Shown here in pieces: positions 12,914-27,900 of a DNA stretch of 64,000 nt; position 1 is the stretch's first letter; every line of letters begins with the position of its first letter. The translations under genes and the position numbers were made by a program. This stretch comes from the human T2T-CHM13v2.0 reference genome, Homo sapiens: NCBI RefSeq assembly GCF_009914755.1, contig NC_060932.1; one strand, written 5' to 3'. Below the pieces are notes generated by a model. That model saw nothing but the letters and a program-made list of their open reading frames with translations. It was not told the origin of the DNA and did no database searches.

Positions 12914-15900
12914 ACAGAAGCATTCTGAGAAACTTATTTGTGATGTGTGTCCTCAACAAACGGACTTGAACCTTTCGTTTCATGCAGTACTTCTGGAACA
13001 CTCTTTTTGAAGATTCTGCATGCGGATATTTGGATAGCTTTGAGGATTTCGTTGGAAACGGGCTTACATGTAAAAATTAGACAGCAGCATTCTCAGAAAC
13101 TTCTTTGTGGTGTCTGCATTCAAGTCACAGAATTGAACTTCCCCTCACATAGAGCAGTTGTGCAGCACTCTATTTGTAGTATCTGGAAGTGGACATTTGG
13201 AGGGCTTTGTAGCCTATCTGGAAAAAGGAAATATCTTCCCATGAATGCGAGATAGAAGTAATCTCAGAAACATGTTTATGCTGTATCTACTCAACTAACT
13301 GTGCTGAACATTTCTATTGATAGAGCAGTTTTGAGACACTCTTCTTTTGGAATCTGCAAGTGGATATTTGGATAGATTTGAGGATTTCGTTGGAAACGGG
13401 ATTATATATAAAAAGTAGACAGCAGCATTCTCAGAAACTTCTTTGTGATGTTTGCATCCAGCTCTCAGAGTTGAACATTCCCTTTCATAGAGTAGGTTTG
13501 AAACCCTCTTTTTATAGTGTCTGGAAGCGGGCATTTGGAGCGCTTTCAGGCCTATGCTGAAAAAGGAAATATCTACCTATAGAAACTAGACAGAAGCATT
13601 CTGAGAATCACGTTTGTGATGTGGGTACTCAACTAACAGTGTTGATCCATTCTTTTGATACAGCAGTTTTGAACCACACTTTTTGTAGAATCTGCAAGTG
13701 GATATTTGGATAGCTGTGAGGATTTCGTTGGAAACGGGAATGTCTTCATAGAAAATTTAGACAGAAGCATTCTCAGAACCTTGATTGTGATGTGTGTTCT
13801 CCACTAACAGAGTTGAACCTTTCTTTTGACAGAACTGTTCTGAAACATTCTTTTTATAGAATCTGGAAGTGGATATTTGGAAAGCTTTGAGGATTTCGTT
13901 GGAAACGGGAATATCTTCAAATAAAATCTAGCCAGAAGCATTCTAAGAAACATCTTAGGGATGTTTACATTCAAGTCACAGAGTTGAACATTCCCTTTCA
14001 CAGAGCAGGTTTGAAACAATCTTCTCGTACTATCTGGCAGTGGACATTTTGAGCTCCTTGGGGCCTATGCTGAAAAAGGAAATATCTTCCGACAAAAACT
14101 AGACAGAAGCATTCGCAGAATCACGTTTGTGATGTGTGCACTCAACTGTCAGAATTGAACCTTGGTTTGGACAGAGCACTTTTGAAACACTCTTTTTGTA
14201 GAATCTGCAGGTGGATATTTGGCTAGCTTTGAGGATTTCGTTGGAAACGGTAATGTCTTCAAAGAAAATCTAGACAGAAGCATTCTCAGAAACACCTTCG
14301 TGATGTTTGCAATCAAGTCACAGAGTTGAACCTTCCGTTTCATAGAGCAGGTTGGAAACACTCTTTTTGTAGTATCTGGAAGTGGACATTTGGAGGGCTT
14401 TGTAGCCTATCTGGAAAAAGGAAATATCTTCCCATGAATGCGAGATAGAAGTAATCTCAGAAACATGTTTATGCTGTATCTACTCAACTAACTGTGCTGA
14501 ACATTTCTATTGATAGAGCAGTTTTGAGACACTCTTCTTTTGGAATCTGCAAGTGGATATTTGGATAGATTTGAGGATTTCGTTGGAAACGGGATTATAT
14601 ATCAAAAGTAGACAGCAGCATTCTCAGAAACTTCTTTGTGATGTTTGCATCCAGCTCTCAGAGTTGAACATTCCCTTTCATAGAGTAGGTTTGAAACCCT
14701 CTTTTTATAGTGTCTGGAAGCGGGCATTTGGAGCGCTTTCAGGCCTATGCTTAAAATAGGAAATATCTACCTACAGAAACTAGACAGAAGCATTCTGAGA
14801 ATCACGTTTGTGATGTGGGTACTCAACTAACAGTGTTGATCCATTCTTTTGATACAGCAGTTTTGAACCACACTTTTTGTAGAATCTGCAAGAGGATATT
14901 TGGATAGCTGTGAGGATTTCGTTGGAAACGGGAATGTCTTCAAAGAAAATCTAGACAGAAGCATTCTCAGAAACACCTTCGTGATGTTTGCAATCAAGTC
15001 ACAGAGTTGAACCTTCCGTTTCATAGAGCAGGTTGGAAACACTCTTATTGTAGTATCTGGAAGTGGACATTTGGAGCGCTTTCAGGCCTATGGTGAAAAA
15101 GGAAATATCTTCCCATAAAAACGACATAGAAGCTATCTCAGGAACTTTTTTATGATGCATCTAATCAACTAACAGTGTTGAACCTTTGTACTGACAGAGC
15201 AGTTTGAAACACTCTTTTTTTGGAATCTGCAAGTGGATATTTGGATCGCTTTGAGGATTTCGTTGGAAACGGGATGCAATATAAAACGTACACAGCAGCA
15301 TACTCAGAAAATACTTTGCCATATTTCCATTCAAGTCACAGAGTGGAACATTCCCATTCATAGAGCAGGTTGGAAACACTCTTTTTGGAGTATCTGGAAG
15401 TGGACATTTGGAGCGCTTTCTGAACTATGGTGAAAAAGGAAATATCTTCCAATGAAAACAAGACAGAAGCATTCTGAGAAACTTATTTGTGATGTGTGTC
15501 CTCAACAAACGGACTTGAACCTTTCGTTTCATGCAGTACTTCTGGAACACTCTTTTTGAAGATTCTGCATGCGGATATTTGGATAGCTTTGAGGATTTCG
15601 TTGGAAACGGTCTTACATGTAAAAATTAGACAGCAGCATTCTCAGAAACTTCTTTGTGGTGTCTGCATTCAAGTCACAGAATTGAACTTCCCCTCACATA
15701 GAGCAGTTGTGCAGCACTCTATTTGTAGTATCTGGAAGTGGACATTTGGAGGGCTTTGTAGCCTATCTGGAAAAAGGAAATATCTTCCCATGAATGCGAG
15801 ATAGAAGTAATCTCAGAAACATGTTTATGCTGTATCTAATCAACTAACTGTGCTGAACATTTCTATTGATAGAGCAGTTTTGAGACACTCTTCTTTTGGA

Positions 15901-18900
15901 ATCTGCAAGTGGATATTTGGATAGATTTGAGGATTTCGTTGGAAACGGGATTATATATAAAAAGTAGACAGCAGCATTCTCAGAAACTTCTTTGTGATGT
16001 TTGCATCCAGCTCTCAGAGTTGAACATTCCCTTTCATAGAGTAGGTTTGAAACCCTCTTTTTATAGTGTCTGGAAGCGGGCATTTGGAGCGCTTTCAGGC
16101 CTATGCTTAAAATAGGAAATATCTACCTACAGAAACTAGACAGAAGCATTCTGAGAATCACGTTTGTGATGTGGGTACTCAACTAACAGTGTTGATCCAT
16201 TCTTTTGATACAGCAGTTTTGAACCACACTTTTTGTAGAATCTGCAAGTGGATATTTGGATAGCTGTGAGGATTTCGTTGGAAACGGGAATGTCTTCATA
16301 GAAAATTTAGACAGAAGCATTCTCAGAACCTTGATTGTGATGTGTGTTCTCCACTAACAGAGTTGAACCTTTCTTTTGACAGAACTGTTCTGAAACATTC
16401 TTTTTATAGAATCTGGAAGTGGATATTTGGAAAGCTTTGAGGATTTCGTTGGAAACGGGAATATCTTCAAATAAAATCTAGCCAGAAGCATTCTAAGAAA
16501 CATCTTAGGGATGTTTACATTCAAGTCACAGAGTTGAACATTCCCTTTCACAGAGCAGGTTTGAAACAATCTTCTCGTACTATCTGGAAGTGGACATTTT
16601 GAGCTCCTTGGGGCCTATGCTGAAAAAGGAAATATCTTCCGACAAAAACTAGACAGAAGCATTCGCAGAATCACGTTTGTGATGTGTGCACTCAACTGTC
16701 AGAATTGAACCTTGGTTTGGACAGAGCACTTTTGAAACACTCTTTTTGTAGAATCTGCAGGTGGATATTTGGCTAGCTTTGAGGATTTCGTTGGAAACGG
16801 TAATGTCTTCAAAGAAAATCTACACAGAAGCATTCTCAGAAACACCTTCGTGATGTTTGCAATCAAGTCACAGAGTTGAACCTTCCGTTTCATAGAGCAG
16901 GTTGGAAACACTCTTTTTGTAGTATCTGGAAGTGGACATTTGGAGGGCTTTGTAGCCTTTCTGGAAAAAGGAAATATCTTCCCATGAATGCGAGATAGAA
17001 GTAATCTCAGAAACATGTTTATGCTGTATCTACTCAACTAACTGTGCTGAACATTTCTATTGATAGAGCAGTTTTGAGACACTCTTCTTTTGGAATCTGC
17101 AAGTGGATATTTGGATAGATTTGAGGATTTCGTTGGAAACGGGATTATATATAAAAAGTTGACAGCAGCATTCTCAGAAACTTCTTTGTGATGTTTGCAT
17201 CCAGCTCTCAGAGTTGAACATTCCCTTTCATAGAGTAGGTTTGAAACCCTCTTTTTATAGTGTCTGGAAGCGGGCATTTGGAGCGCTTTCAGGCCTATGC
17301 TTAAAATAGGAAATATCTACCTACAGAAACTAGACAGAAGCATTCTGAGAATCACGTTTGTGATGTGGGTACTCAACTAACAGTGTTGATCCATTCTTTT
17401 GATACAGCAGTTTTGAACCACACTTTTTGTAGAATCTGCAAGAGGATATTTGGATAGCTGTGAGGATTTCGTTGGAAACGGGAATGTCTTCAAAGAAAAT
17501 CTAGACAGAAGCATTCTCAGAAACACCTTCGTGATGTTTGCAATCAAGTCACAGAGTTGAACCTTCCGTTTCATAGAGCAGGTTGGAAACACTCTTATTG
17601 TAGTATCTGGAAGTGGACATTTGGAGCGCTTTCAGGCCTATGGTGAAAAAGGAAATATCTTCCCATAAAAACGACATAGAAGCTATCTCAGGAACTTGTT
17701 TATGATGCATCTAATCAACTAACAGTGTTGAACCTTTGTACTGACAGAGCAGTTTGAAACACTTTTTTTTTGGAATCTGCAAGTGGATATTTGGATCGCT
17801 TTGAGGATTTCGTTGGAAACGGGATGCAATATAAAACGTACACAGCAGCATACTCAGAAAATACTTTGCCATATTTCCATTCAAGTCACAGAGTGGAACA
17901 TTCCCATTCATAGAGCAGGTTTGAAACACTCTTTTTGGAGTATCTGGAAGTGGACATTTGGAGCGCTTTCTGAACTATGGTGAAAAAGGAAATATCTTCC
18001 AATGAAAACAAGACAGAAGCATTCTGAGAAACTTATTTGTGATGTGTGTCCTCAACAAACGGACTTGAACCTTTCGTTTCATGCAGTACTTCTGGAACAC
18101 TCTTTTTGAAGATTCTGCATGCGGATATTTGGATAGCTTTGAGGATTTCGTTGGAAACGGGCTTACATGTAAAAATTAGACAGCAGCATTCTCAGAAACT
18201 TCTTTGTGGTGTCTGCATTCAAGTCACAGAATTGAACTTCCCCTCACATAGAGCAGTTGTGCAGCACTCTATTTGTAGTATCTGGAAGTGGACATTTGGA
18301 GGGCTTTGTAGCCTATGTGGAAAAAGGAAATATCTTCCCATGAATGCGAGATAGAAGTAATCTCAGAAACATGTTTATGCTGTATCTACTCAACTAACTG
18401 TGCTGAACATTTCTATTGATAGAGCAGTTTTGAGACACTCTTCTTTTGGAATCTGCAAGTGGATATTTGGATAGATTTGAGGATTTCGTTGGAAACGGGA
18501 TTATATATAAAAAGTAGACAGCAGCATTCTCAGAAACTTCTTTGTGATGTTTGCATCCAGCTCTCAGAGTTGAACATTCCCTTTCATAGAGTAGGTTTGA
18601 AACCCTCTTTTTATAGTGTCTGGAAGCGGGCATTTGGAGCGCTTTCAGGCCTATGCTTAAAATAGGAAATATCTACCTACAGAAACTAGACAGAAGCATT
18701 CTGAGAATCACGTTTGTGATGTGGGTACTCAACTAACAGTGTTGATCCATTCTTTTGATACAGCAGTTTTGAACCACACTTTTTGTAGAATCTGCAAGAG
18801 GATATTTGGATAGCTGTGAGGATTTCGTTGGAAACGGGAATGTCTTCAAAGAAAATCTAGACAGAAGCATTCTCAGAAACACCTTCGTGATGTTTGCAAT

Positions 18901-21900
18901 CAAGTCACAGAGTTGAACCTTCCGTTTCATAGAGCAGGTTGGAAACACTCTTATTGTAGTATCTGGAAGTGGACATTTGGAGCGCTTTCAGGCCTATGGT
19001 GAAAAAGGAAATATCTTCCCATAAAAACGACATAGAAGCTATCTCAGGAACTTGTTTATGATGCATCTAATCAACTAACAGTGTTGAACCTTTGTACTGA
19101 CAGAGCAGTTTGAAACACTCTTTTTTTGGAATCTGCAAGTGGATATTTGGATCGCTTTGAGGATTTCGTTGGAAACGGGATGCAATATAAAACGTACACA
19201 GCAGCATACTCAGAAAATACTTTGCCATATTTCCATTCAAGTCACAGAGTGGAACATTCCCATTCATAGAGCAGGTTGGAAACACTCTTTTTGGAGTATC
19301 TGGAAGTGGACATTTGGAGCGCTTTCTGAACTATGGTGAAAAAGGAAATATCTTCCAATGAAAACAAGACAGAAGCATTCTGAGAAACTTATTTGTGATG
19401 TGTGTCCTCAACAAACGGACTTGAACCTTTCGTTTCATGCAGTACTTCTGGAACACTCTTTTTGAAGATTCTGCATGCGGATATTTGGATAGCTTTGAGG
19501 ATTTCGTTGGAAACGGGCTTACATGTAAAAATTAGACAGCAGCATTCTCAGAAACTTCTTTGTGGTGTCTGCATTCAAGTCACAGAATTGAACTTCCCCT
19601 CACATAGAGCAGTTGTGCAGCACTCTATTTGTAGTATCTGGAAGTGGACATTTGGAGGGCTTTGTAGCCTATCTGGAAAAAGGAAATATCTTCCCATGAA
19701 TGCGAGATAGAAGTAATCTCAGAAACATGTTTATGCTGTATCTACTCAACTAACTGTGCTGAACATTTCTATTGATAGAGCAGTTTTGAGACACTCTTCT
19801 TTTGGAATCTGCAAGTGGATATTTGGATAGATTTGAGGATTTCGTTGGAAACGGGATTATATATAAAAAGTAGACAGCAGCATTCTCAGAAACTTCTTTG
19901 TGATGTTTGCATCCAGCTCTCAGAGTTGAACATTCCCTTTCATAGAGTAGGTTTGAAACCCTCTTTTTATAGTGTCTGGAAGCGGGCATTTGGAGCGCTT
20001 TCAGGCCTATGCTGAAAAAGGAAATATCTACCTATAGAAACTAGACAGAAGCATTCTGAGAATCACGTTTGTGATGTGGGTACTCAACTAACAGTGTTGA
20101 TCCATTCTTTTGATACAGCAGTTTTGAACCACACTTTTTGTAGAATCTGCAAGTGGATATTTGGATAGCTGTGAGGATTTCGTTGGAAACGGGAATGTCT
20201 TCATAGAAAATTTAGACAGAAGCATTCTCAGAACCTTGATTGTGATGTGTGTTCTCCACTAACAGAGTTGAACCTTTCTTTTGACAGAACTGTTCTGAAA
20301 CATTCTTTTTATAGAATCTGGAAGTGGATATTTGGAAAGCTTTGAGGATTTCGTTGGAAACGGGAATATCTTCAAATAAAATCTAGCCAGAAGCATTCTA
20401 AGAAATATCTTAGGGATGTTTACATTCAAGTCACAGAGTTGAACATTCCCTTTCACAGAGCAGGTTTGAAACAATCTTCTCGTACTATCTGGCAGTGGAC
20501 ATTTTGAGCTCCTTGGGGCCTATGCTGAAAAAGGAAATATCTTCCGACAAAAACTAGACAGAAGCATTCGCAGAATCACGTTTCTGATGTGTGCACTCAA
20601 CTGTCAGAATTGAACCTTGGTTTGGACAGAGCACTTTTGAAACACTCTTTTTGTAGAATCTGCAGGTGGATATTTGGCTAGCTTTGAGGATTTCGTTGGA
20701 AACGGTAATGTCTTCAAAGAAAATCTAGACAGAAGCATTCTCAGAAACACCTTCGTGATGTTTGCAATCAAGTCACAGAGTTGAACCTTCCGTTTCATAG
20801 AGCAGGTTGGAAACACTCTTTTTGTAGTATCTGGAAGTGGACATTTGGAGGGCTTTGTAGCCTATCTGGAAAAAGGAAATATCTTCCCATGAATGCGAGA
20901 TAGAAGTAATCTCAGAAACATGTTTATGCTGTATCTACTCAACTAACTGTGCTGAACATTTCTATTGATAGAGCAGTTTTGAGACACTCTTCTTTTGGAA
21001 TCTGCAAGTGGATATTTGGATAGATTTGAGGATTTCGTTGGAAACGGGATTATATATCAAAAGTAGACAGCAGCATTCTCAGAAACTTCTTTGTGATGTT
21101 TGCATCCAGCTCTCAGAGTTGAACATTCCCTTTCATAGAGTAGGTTTGAAACCCTCTTTTTATAGTGTCTGGAAGCGGGCATTTGGAGCGCTTTCAGGCC
21201 TATGCTTAAAATAGGAAATATCTACCTACAGAAACTAGACAGAAGCATTCTGAGAATCACGTTTGTGATGTGGGTACTCAACTAACAGTGTTGATCCATT
21301 CTTTTGATACAGCAGTTTTGAACCACACTTTTTGTAGAATCTGCAAGAGGATATTTGGATAGCTGTGAGGATTTCGTTGGAAACGGGAATGTCTTCAAAG
21401 AAAATCTAGACAGAAGCATTCTCAGAAACACCTTCGTGATGTTTGCAATCAAGTCACAGAGTTGAACCTTCCGTTTCATAGAGCAGGTTGGAAACACTCT
21501 TATTGTAGTATCTGGAAGTGGACATTTGGAGCGCTTTCAGGCCTATGGTGAAAAAGGAAATATCTTCCCATAAAAACGACATAGAAGCTATCTCAGGAAC
21601 TTGTTTATGATGCATCTAATCAACTAACAGTGTTGAACCTTTGTACTGACAGAGCACTTTGAAACACTCTTTTTTTGGAATCTGCAAGTGGATATTTGGA
21701 TCGCTTTGAGGATTTCGTTGGAAACGGGATGCAATATAAAACGTACACAGCAGCATACTCAGAAAATACTTTGCCATATTTCCATTCAAGTCACAGAGTG
21801 GAACATTCCCATTCATAGAGCAGGTTGGAAACACTCTTTTTGGAGTATCTGGAAGTGGACATTTGGAGCGCTTTCTGAACTATGGTGAAAAAGGAAATAT

Positions 21901-24900
21901 CTTCCAATGAAAACAACACAGAAGCATTCTGAGAAACTTATTTGTGATGTGTGTCCTCAACAAACGGACTTGAACCTTTCGTTTCATGCAGTACTTCTGG
22001 AACACTCTTTTTGAAGATTCTGCATGCGGATATTTGGATAGCTTTGAGGATTTCGTTGGAAACGGGCTTACATGTAAAAATTAGACAGCAGCATTCTCAG
22101 AAACTTCTTTGTGGTGTCTGCATTCAAGTCACAGAATTGAACTTCCCCTCACATAGAGCAGTTGTGCAGCACTCTATTTGTAGTATCTGGAAGTGGACAT
22201 TTGGAGGGCTTTGTAGCCTATCTGGAAAAAGGAAATATCTTCCCATGAATGCGAGATAGAAGTAATCTCAGAAACATGTTTATGCTGTATCTACTCAACT
22301 AACTGTGCTGAACATTTCTATTGATAGAGCAGTTTTGAGACACTCTTCTTTTGGAATCTGCAAGTGGATATTTGGATAGATTTGAGGATTTCGTTGGAAA
22401 CGGGATTATATATAAAAAGTAGACAGCAGCATTCTCAGAAACTTCTTTGTGATGTTTGCATCCAGCTCTCAGAGTTGAACATTCCCTTTCATAGAGTAGG
22501 TTTGAAACCCTCTTTTTATAGTGTCTGGAAGCGGGCATTTGGAGCGCTTTCAGGCCTATGCTGAAAAAGGAAATATCTACCTATAGAAACTAGACAGAAG
22601 CATTCTGAGAATCACGTTTGTGATGTGGGTACTCAACTAACAGTGTTGATCCATTCTTTTGATACAGCAGTTTTGAACCACACTTTTTGTAGAATCTGCA
22701 AGTGGATATTTGGATAGCTGTGAGGATTTCGTTGGAAACGGGAATGTCTTCATAGAAAATTTAGACAGAAGCATTCTCAGAACCTTGATTGTGATGTGTG
22801 TTCTCCACTAACAGAGTTGAACCTTTCTTTTGACAGAACTGTTCTGAAACATTCTTTTTATAGAATCTGGAAGTGGATATTTGGAAAGCTTTGAGGATTT
22901 CGTTGGAAACGGGAATATCTTCAAATAAAATCTAGCCAGAAGCATTCTAAGAAACATCTTAGGGATGTTTACATTCAAGTCACAGAGTTGAACATTCCCT
23001 TTCACAGAGCAGGTTTGAAACAATCTTCTCGTACTATCTGGCAGTGGACATTTTGAGCTCCTTGGGGCCTATGCTGAAAAAGGAAATATCTTCCGACAAA
23101 AACTAGACAGAAGCATTCGCAGAATCACGTTTGTGATGTGTGCACTCAACTGTCAGAATTGAACCTTGGTTTGGACAGAGCACTTTTGAAACACTCTTTT
23201 TGTAGAATCTGCAGGTGGATATTTGGCTAGCTTTGAGGATTTCGTTGGAAACGGTAATGTCTTCAAAGAAAATCTAGACAGAAGCATTCTCAGAAACACC
23301 TTCGTGATGTTTGCAATCAAGTCACAGAGTTGAACCTTCCGTTTCATAGAGCAGGTTGGAAACACTCTTTTTGTAGTATCTGGAAGTGGACATTTGGAGG
23401 GCTTTGTAGCCTATCTGGAAAAAGGAAATATCTTCCCATGAATGCGAGATAGAAGTAATCTCAGAAACATGTTTATGCTGTATCTACTCAACTAACTGTG
23501 CTGAACATTTCTATTGATAGAGCAGTTTTGAGACACTCTTCTTTTGGAATCTGCAAGTGGATATTTGGATAGATTTGAGGATTTCGTTGGAAACGGGATT
23601 ATATATCAAAAGTAGACAGCAGCATTCTCAGAAACTTCTTTGTGATGTTTGCATCCAGCTCTCAGAGTTGAACATTCCCTTTCATAGAGTAGGTTTGAAA
23701 CCCTCTTTTTATAGTGTCTGGAAGCGGGCATTTGGAGCGCTTTCAGGCCTATGCTTAAAATAGGAAATATCTACCTACAGAAACTAGACAGAAGCATTCT
23801 GAGAATCACGTTTGTGATGTGGGTACTCAACTAACAGTGTTGATCCATTCTTTTGATACAGCAGTTTTGAACCACACTTTTTGTAGAATCTGCAAGAGGA
23901 TATTTGGATAGCTGTGAGGATTTCGTTGGAAACGGGAATGTCTTCAAAGAAAATCTAGACAGAAGCATTCTCAGAAACACCTTCGTGATGTTTGCAATCA
24001 AGTCACAGAGTTGAACCTTCCGTTTCATAGAGCAGGTTGGAAACACTCTTATTGTAGTATCTGGAAGTGGACATTTGGAGCGCTTTCAGGCCTATGGTGA
24101 AAAAGGAAATATCTTCCCATAAAAACGACATAGAAGCTATCTCAGGAACTTTTTTATGATGCATCTAATCAACTAACAGTGTTGAACCTTTGTACTGACA
24201 GAGCAGTTTGAAACACTCTTTTTTTGGAATCTGCAAGTGGATATTTGGATCGCTTTGAGGATTTCGTTGGAAACGGGATGCAATATAAAACGTACACAGC
24301 AGCATACTCAGAAAATACTTTGCCATATTTCCATTCAAGTCACAGAGTGGAACATTCCCATTCATAGAGCAGGTTGGAAACACTCTTTTTGGAGTATCTG
24401 GAAGTGGACATTTGGAGCGCTTTCTGAACTATGGTGAAAAAGGAAATATCTTCCAATGAAAACAAGACAGAAGCATTCTGAGAAACTTATTTGTGATGTG
24501 TGTCCTCAACAAACGGACTTGAACCTTTCGTTTCATGCAGTACTTCTGGAACACTCTTTTTGAAGATTCTGCATGCGGATATTTGGATAGCTTTGAGGAT
24601 TTCGTTGGAAACGGTCTTACATGTAAAAATTAGACAGCAGCATTCTCAGAAACTTCTTTGTGGTGTCTGCATTCAAGTCACAGAATTGAACTTCCCCTCA
24701 CATAGAGCAGTTGTGCAGCACTCTATTTGTAGTATCTGGAAGTGGACATTTGGAGGGCTTTGTAGCCTATCTGGAAAAAGGAAATATCTTCCCATGAATG
24801 CGAGATAGAAGTAATCTCAGAAACATGTTTATGCTGTATCTAATCAACTAACTGTGCTGAACATTTCTATTGATAGAGCAGTTTTGAGACACTCTTCTTT

Positions 24901-27900
24901 TGGAATCTGCAAGTGGATATTTGGATAGATTTGAGGATTTCGTTGGAAACGGGATTATATATAAAAAGTAGACAGCAGCATTCTCAGAAACTTCTTTGTG
25001 ATGTTTGCATCCAGCTCTCAGAGTTGAACATTCCCTTTCATAGAGTAGGTTTGAAACCCTCTTTTTATAGTGTCTGGAAGCGGGCATTTGGAGCGCTTTC
25101 AGGCCTATGCTTAAAATAGGAAATATCTACCTACAGAAACTAGACAGAAGCATTCTGAGAATCACGTTTGTGATGTGGGTACTCAACTAACAGTGTTGAT
25201 CCATTCTTTTGATACAGCAGTTTTGAACCACACTTTTTGTAGAATCTGCAAGTGGATATTTGGATAGCTGTGAGGATTTCGTTGGAAACGGGAATGTCTT
25301 CATAGAAAATTTAGACAGAAGCATTCTCAGAACCTTGATTGTGATGTGTGTTCTCCACTAACAGAGTTGAACCTTTCTTTTGACAGAACTGTTCTGAAAC
25401 ATTCTTTTTATAGAATCTGGAAGTGGATATTTGGAAAGCTTTGAGGATTTCGTTGGAAACGGGAATATCTTCAAATAAAATCTAGCCAGAAGCATTCTAA
25501 GAAACATCTTAGGGATGTTTACATTCAAGTCACAGAGTTGAACATTCCCTTTCACAGAGCAGGTTTGAAACAATCTTCTCGTACTATCTGGAAGTGGACA
25601 TTTTGAGCTCCTTGGGGCCTATGCTGAAAAAGGAAATATCTTCCGACAAAAACTAGACAGAAGCATTCGCAGAATCACGTTTGTGATGTGTGCACTCAAC
25701 TGTCAGAATTGAACCTTGGTTTGGACAGAGCACTTTTGAAACACTCTTTTTGTAGAATCTGCAGGTGGATATTTGGCTAGCTTTGAGGATTTCGTTGGAA
25801 ACGGTAATGTCTTCAAAGAAAATCTACACAGAAGCATTCTCAGAAACACCTTCGTGATGTTTGCAATCAAGTCACAGAGTTGAACCTTCCGTTTCATAGA
25901 GCAGGTTGGAAACACTCTTTTTGTAGTATCTGGAAGTGGACATTTGGAGGGCTTTGTAGCCTTTCTGGAAAAAGGAAATATCTTCCCATGAATGCGAGAT
26001 AGAAGTAATCTCAGAAACATGTTTATGCTGTATCTACTCAACTAACTGTGCTGAACATTTCTATTGATAGAGCAGTTTTGAGACACTCTTCTTTTGGAAT
26101 CTGCAAGTGGATATTTGGATAGATTTGAGGATTTCGTTGGAAACGGGATTATATATAAAAAGTTGACAGCAGCATTCTCAGAAACTTCTTTGTGATGTTT
26201 GCATCCAGCTCTCAGAGTTGAACATTCCCTTTCATAGAGTAGGTTTGAAACCCTCTTTTTATAGTGTCTGGAAGCGGGCATTTGGAGCGCTTTCAGGCCT
26301 ATGCTTAAAATAGGAAATATCTACCTACAGAAACTAGACAGAAGCATTCTGAGAATCACGTTTGTGATGTGGGTACTCAACTAACAGTGTTGATCCATTC
26401 TTTTGATACAGCAGTTTTGAACCACACTTTTTGTAGAATCTGCAAGAGGATATTTGGATAGCTGTGAGGATTTCGTTGGAAACGGGAATGTCTTCAAAGA
26501 AAATCTAGACAGAAGCATTCTCAGAAACACCTTCGTGATGTTTGCAATCAAGTCACAGAGTTGAACCTTCCGTTTCATAGAGCAGGTTGGAAACACTCTT
26601 ATTGTAGTATCTGGAAGTGGACATTTGGAGCGCTTTCAGGCCTATGGTGAAAAAGGAAATATCTTCCCATAAAAACGACATAGAAGCTATCTCAGGAACT
26701 TGTTTATGATGCATCTAATCAACTAACAGTGTTGAACCTTTGTACTGACAGAGCAGTTTGAAACACTTTTTTTTTGGAATCTGCAAGTGGATATTTGGAT
26801 CGCTTTGAGGATTTCGTTGGAAACGGGATGCAATATAAAACGTACACAGCAGCATACTCAGAAAATACTTTGCCATATTTCCATTCAAGTCACAGAGTGG
26901 AACATTCCCATTCATAGAGCAGGTTTGAAACACTCTTTTTGGAGTATCTGGAAGTGGACATTTGGAGCGCTTTCTGAACTATGGTGAAAAAGGAAATATC
27001 TTCCAATGAAAACAAGACAGAAGCATTCTGAGAAACTTATTTGTGATGTGTGTCCTCAACAAACGGACTTGAACCTTTCGTTTCATGCAGTACTTCTGGA
27101 ACACTCTTTTTGAAGATTCTGCATGCGGATATTTGGATAGCTTTGAGGATTTCGTTGGAAACGGGCTTACATGTAAAAATTAGACAGCAGCATTCTCAGA
27201 AACTTCTTTGTGGTGTCTGCATTCAAGTCACAGAATTGAACTTCCCCTCACATAGAGCAGTTGTGCAGCACTCTATTTGTAGTATCTGGAAGTGGACATT
27301 TGGAGGGCTTTGTAGCCTATGTGGAAAAAGGAAATATCTTCCCATGAATGCGAGATAGAAGTAATCTCAGAAACATGTTTATGCTGTATCTACTCAACTA
27401 ACTGTGCTGAACATTTCTATTGATAGAGCAGTTTTGAGACACTCTTCTTTTGGAATCTGCAAGTGGATATTTGGATAGATTTGAGGATTTCGTTGGAAAC
27501 GGGATTATATATAAAAAGTAGACAGCAGCATTCTCAGAAACTTCTTTGTGATGTTTGCATCCAGCTCTCAGAGTTGAACATTCCCTTTCATAGAGTAGGT
27601 TTGAAACCCTCTTTTTATAGTGTCTGGAAGCGGGCATTTGGAGCGCTTTCAGGCCTATGCTTAAAATAGGAAATATCTACCTACAGAAACTAGACAGAAG
27701 CATTCTGAGAATCACGTTTGTGATGTGGGTACTCAACTAACAGTGTTGATCCATTCTTTTGATACAGCAGTTTTGAACCACACTTTTTGTAGAATCTGCA
27801 AGAGGATATTTGGATAGCTGTGAGGATTTCGTTGGAAACGGGAATGTCTTCAAAGAAAATCTAGACAGAAGCATTCTCAGAAACACCTTCGTGATGTTTG

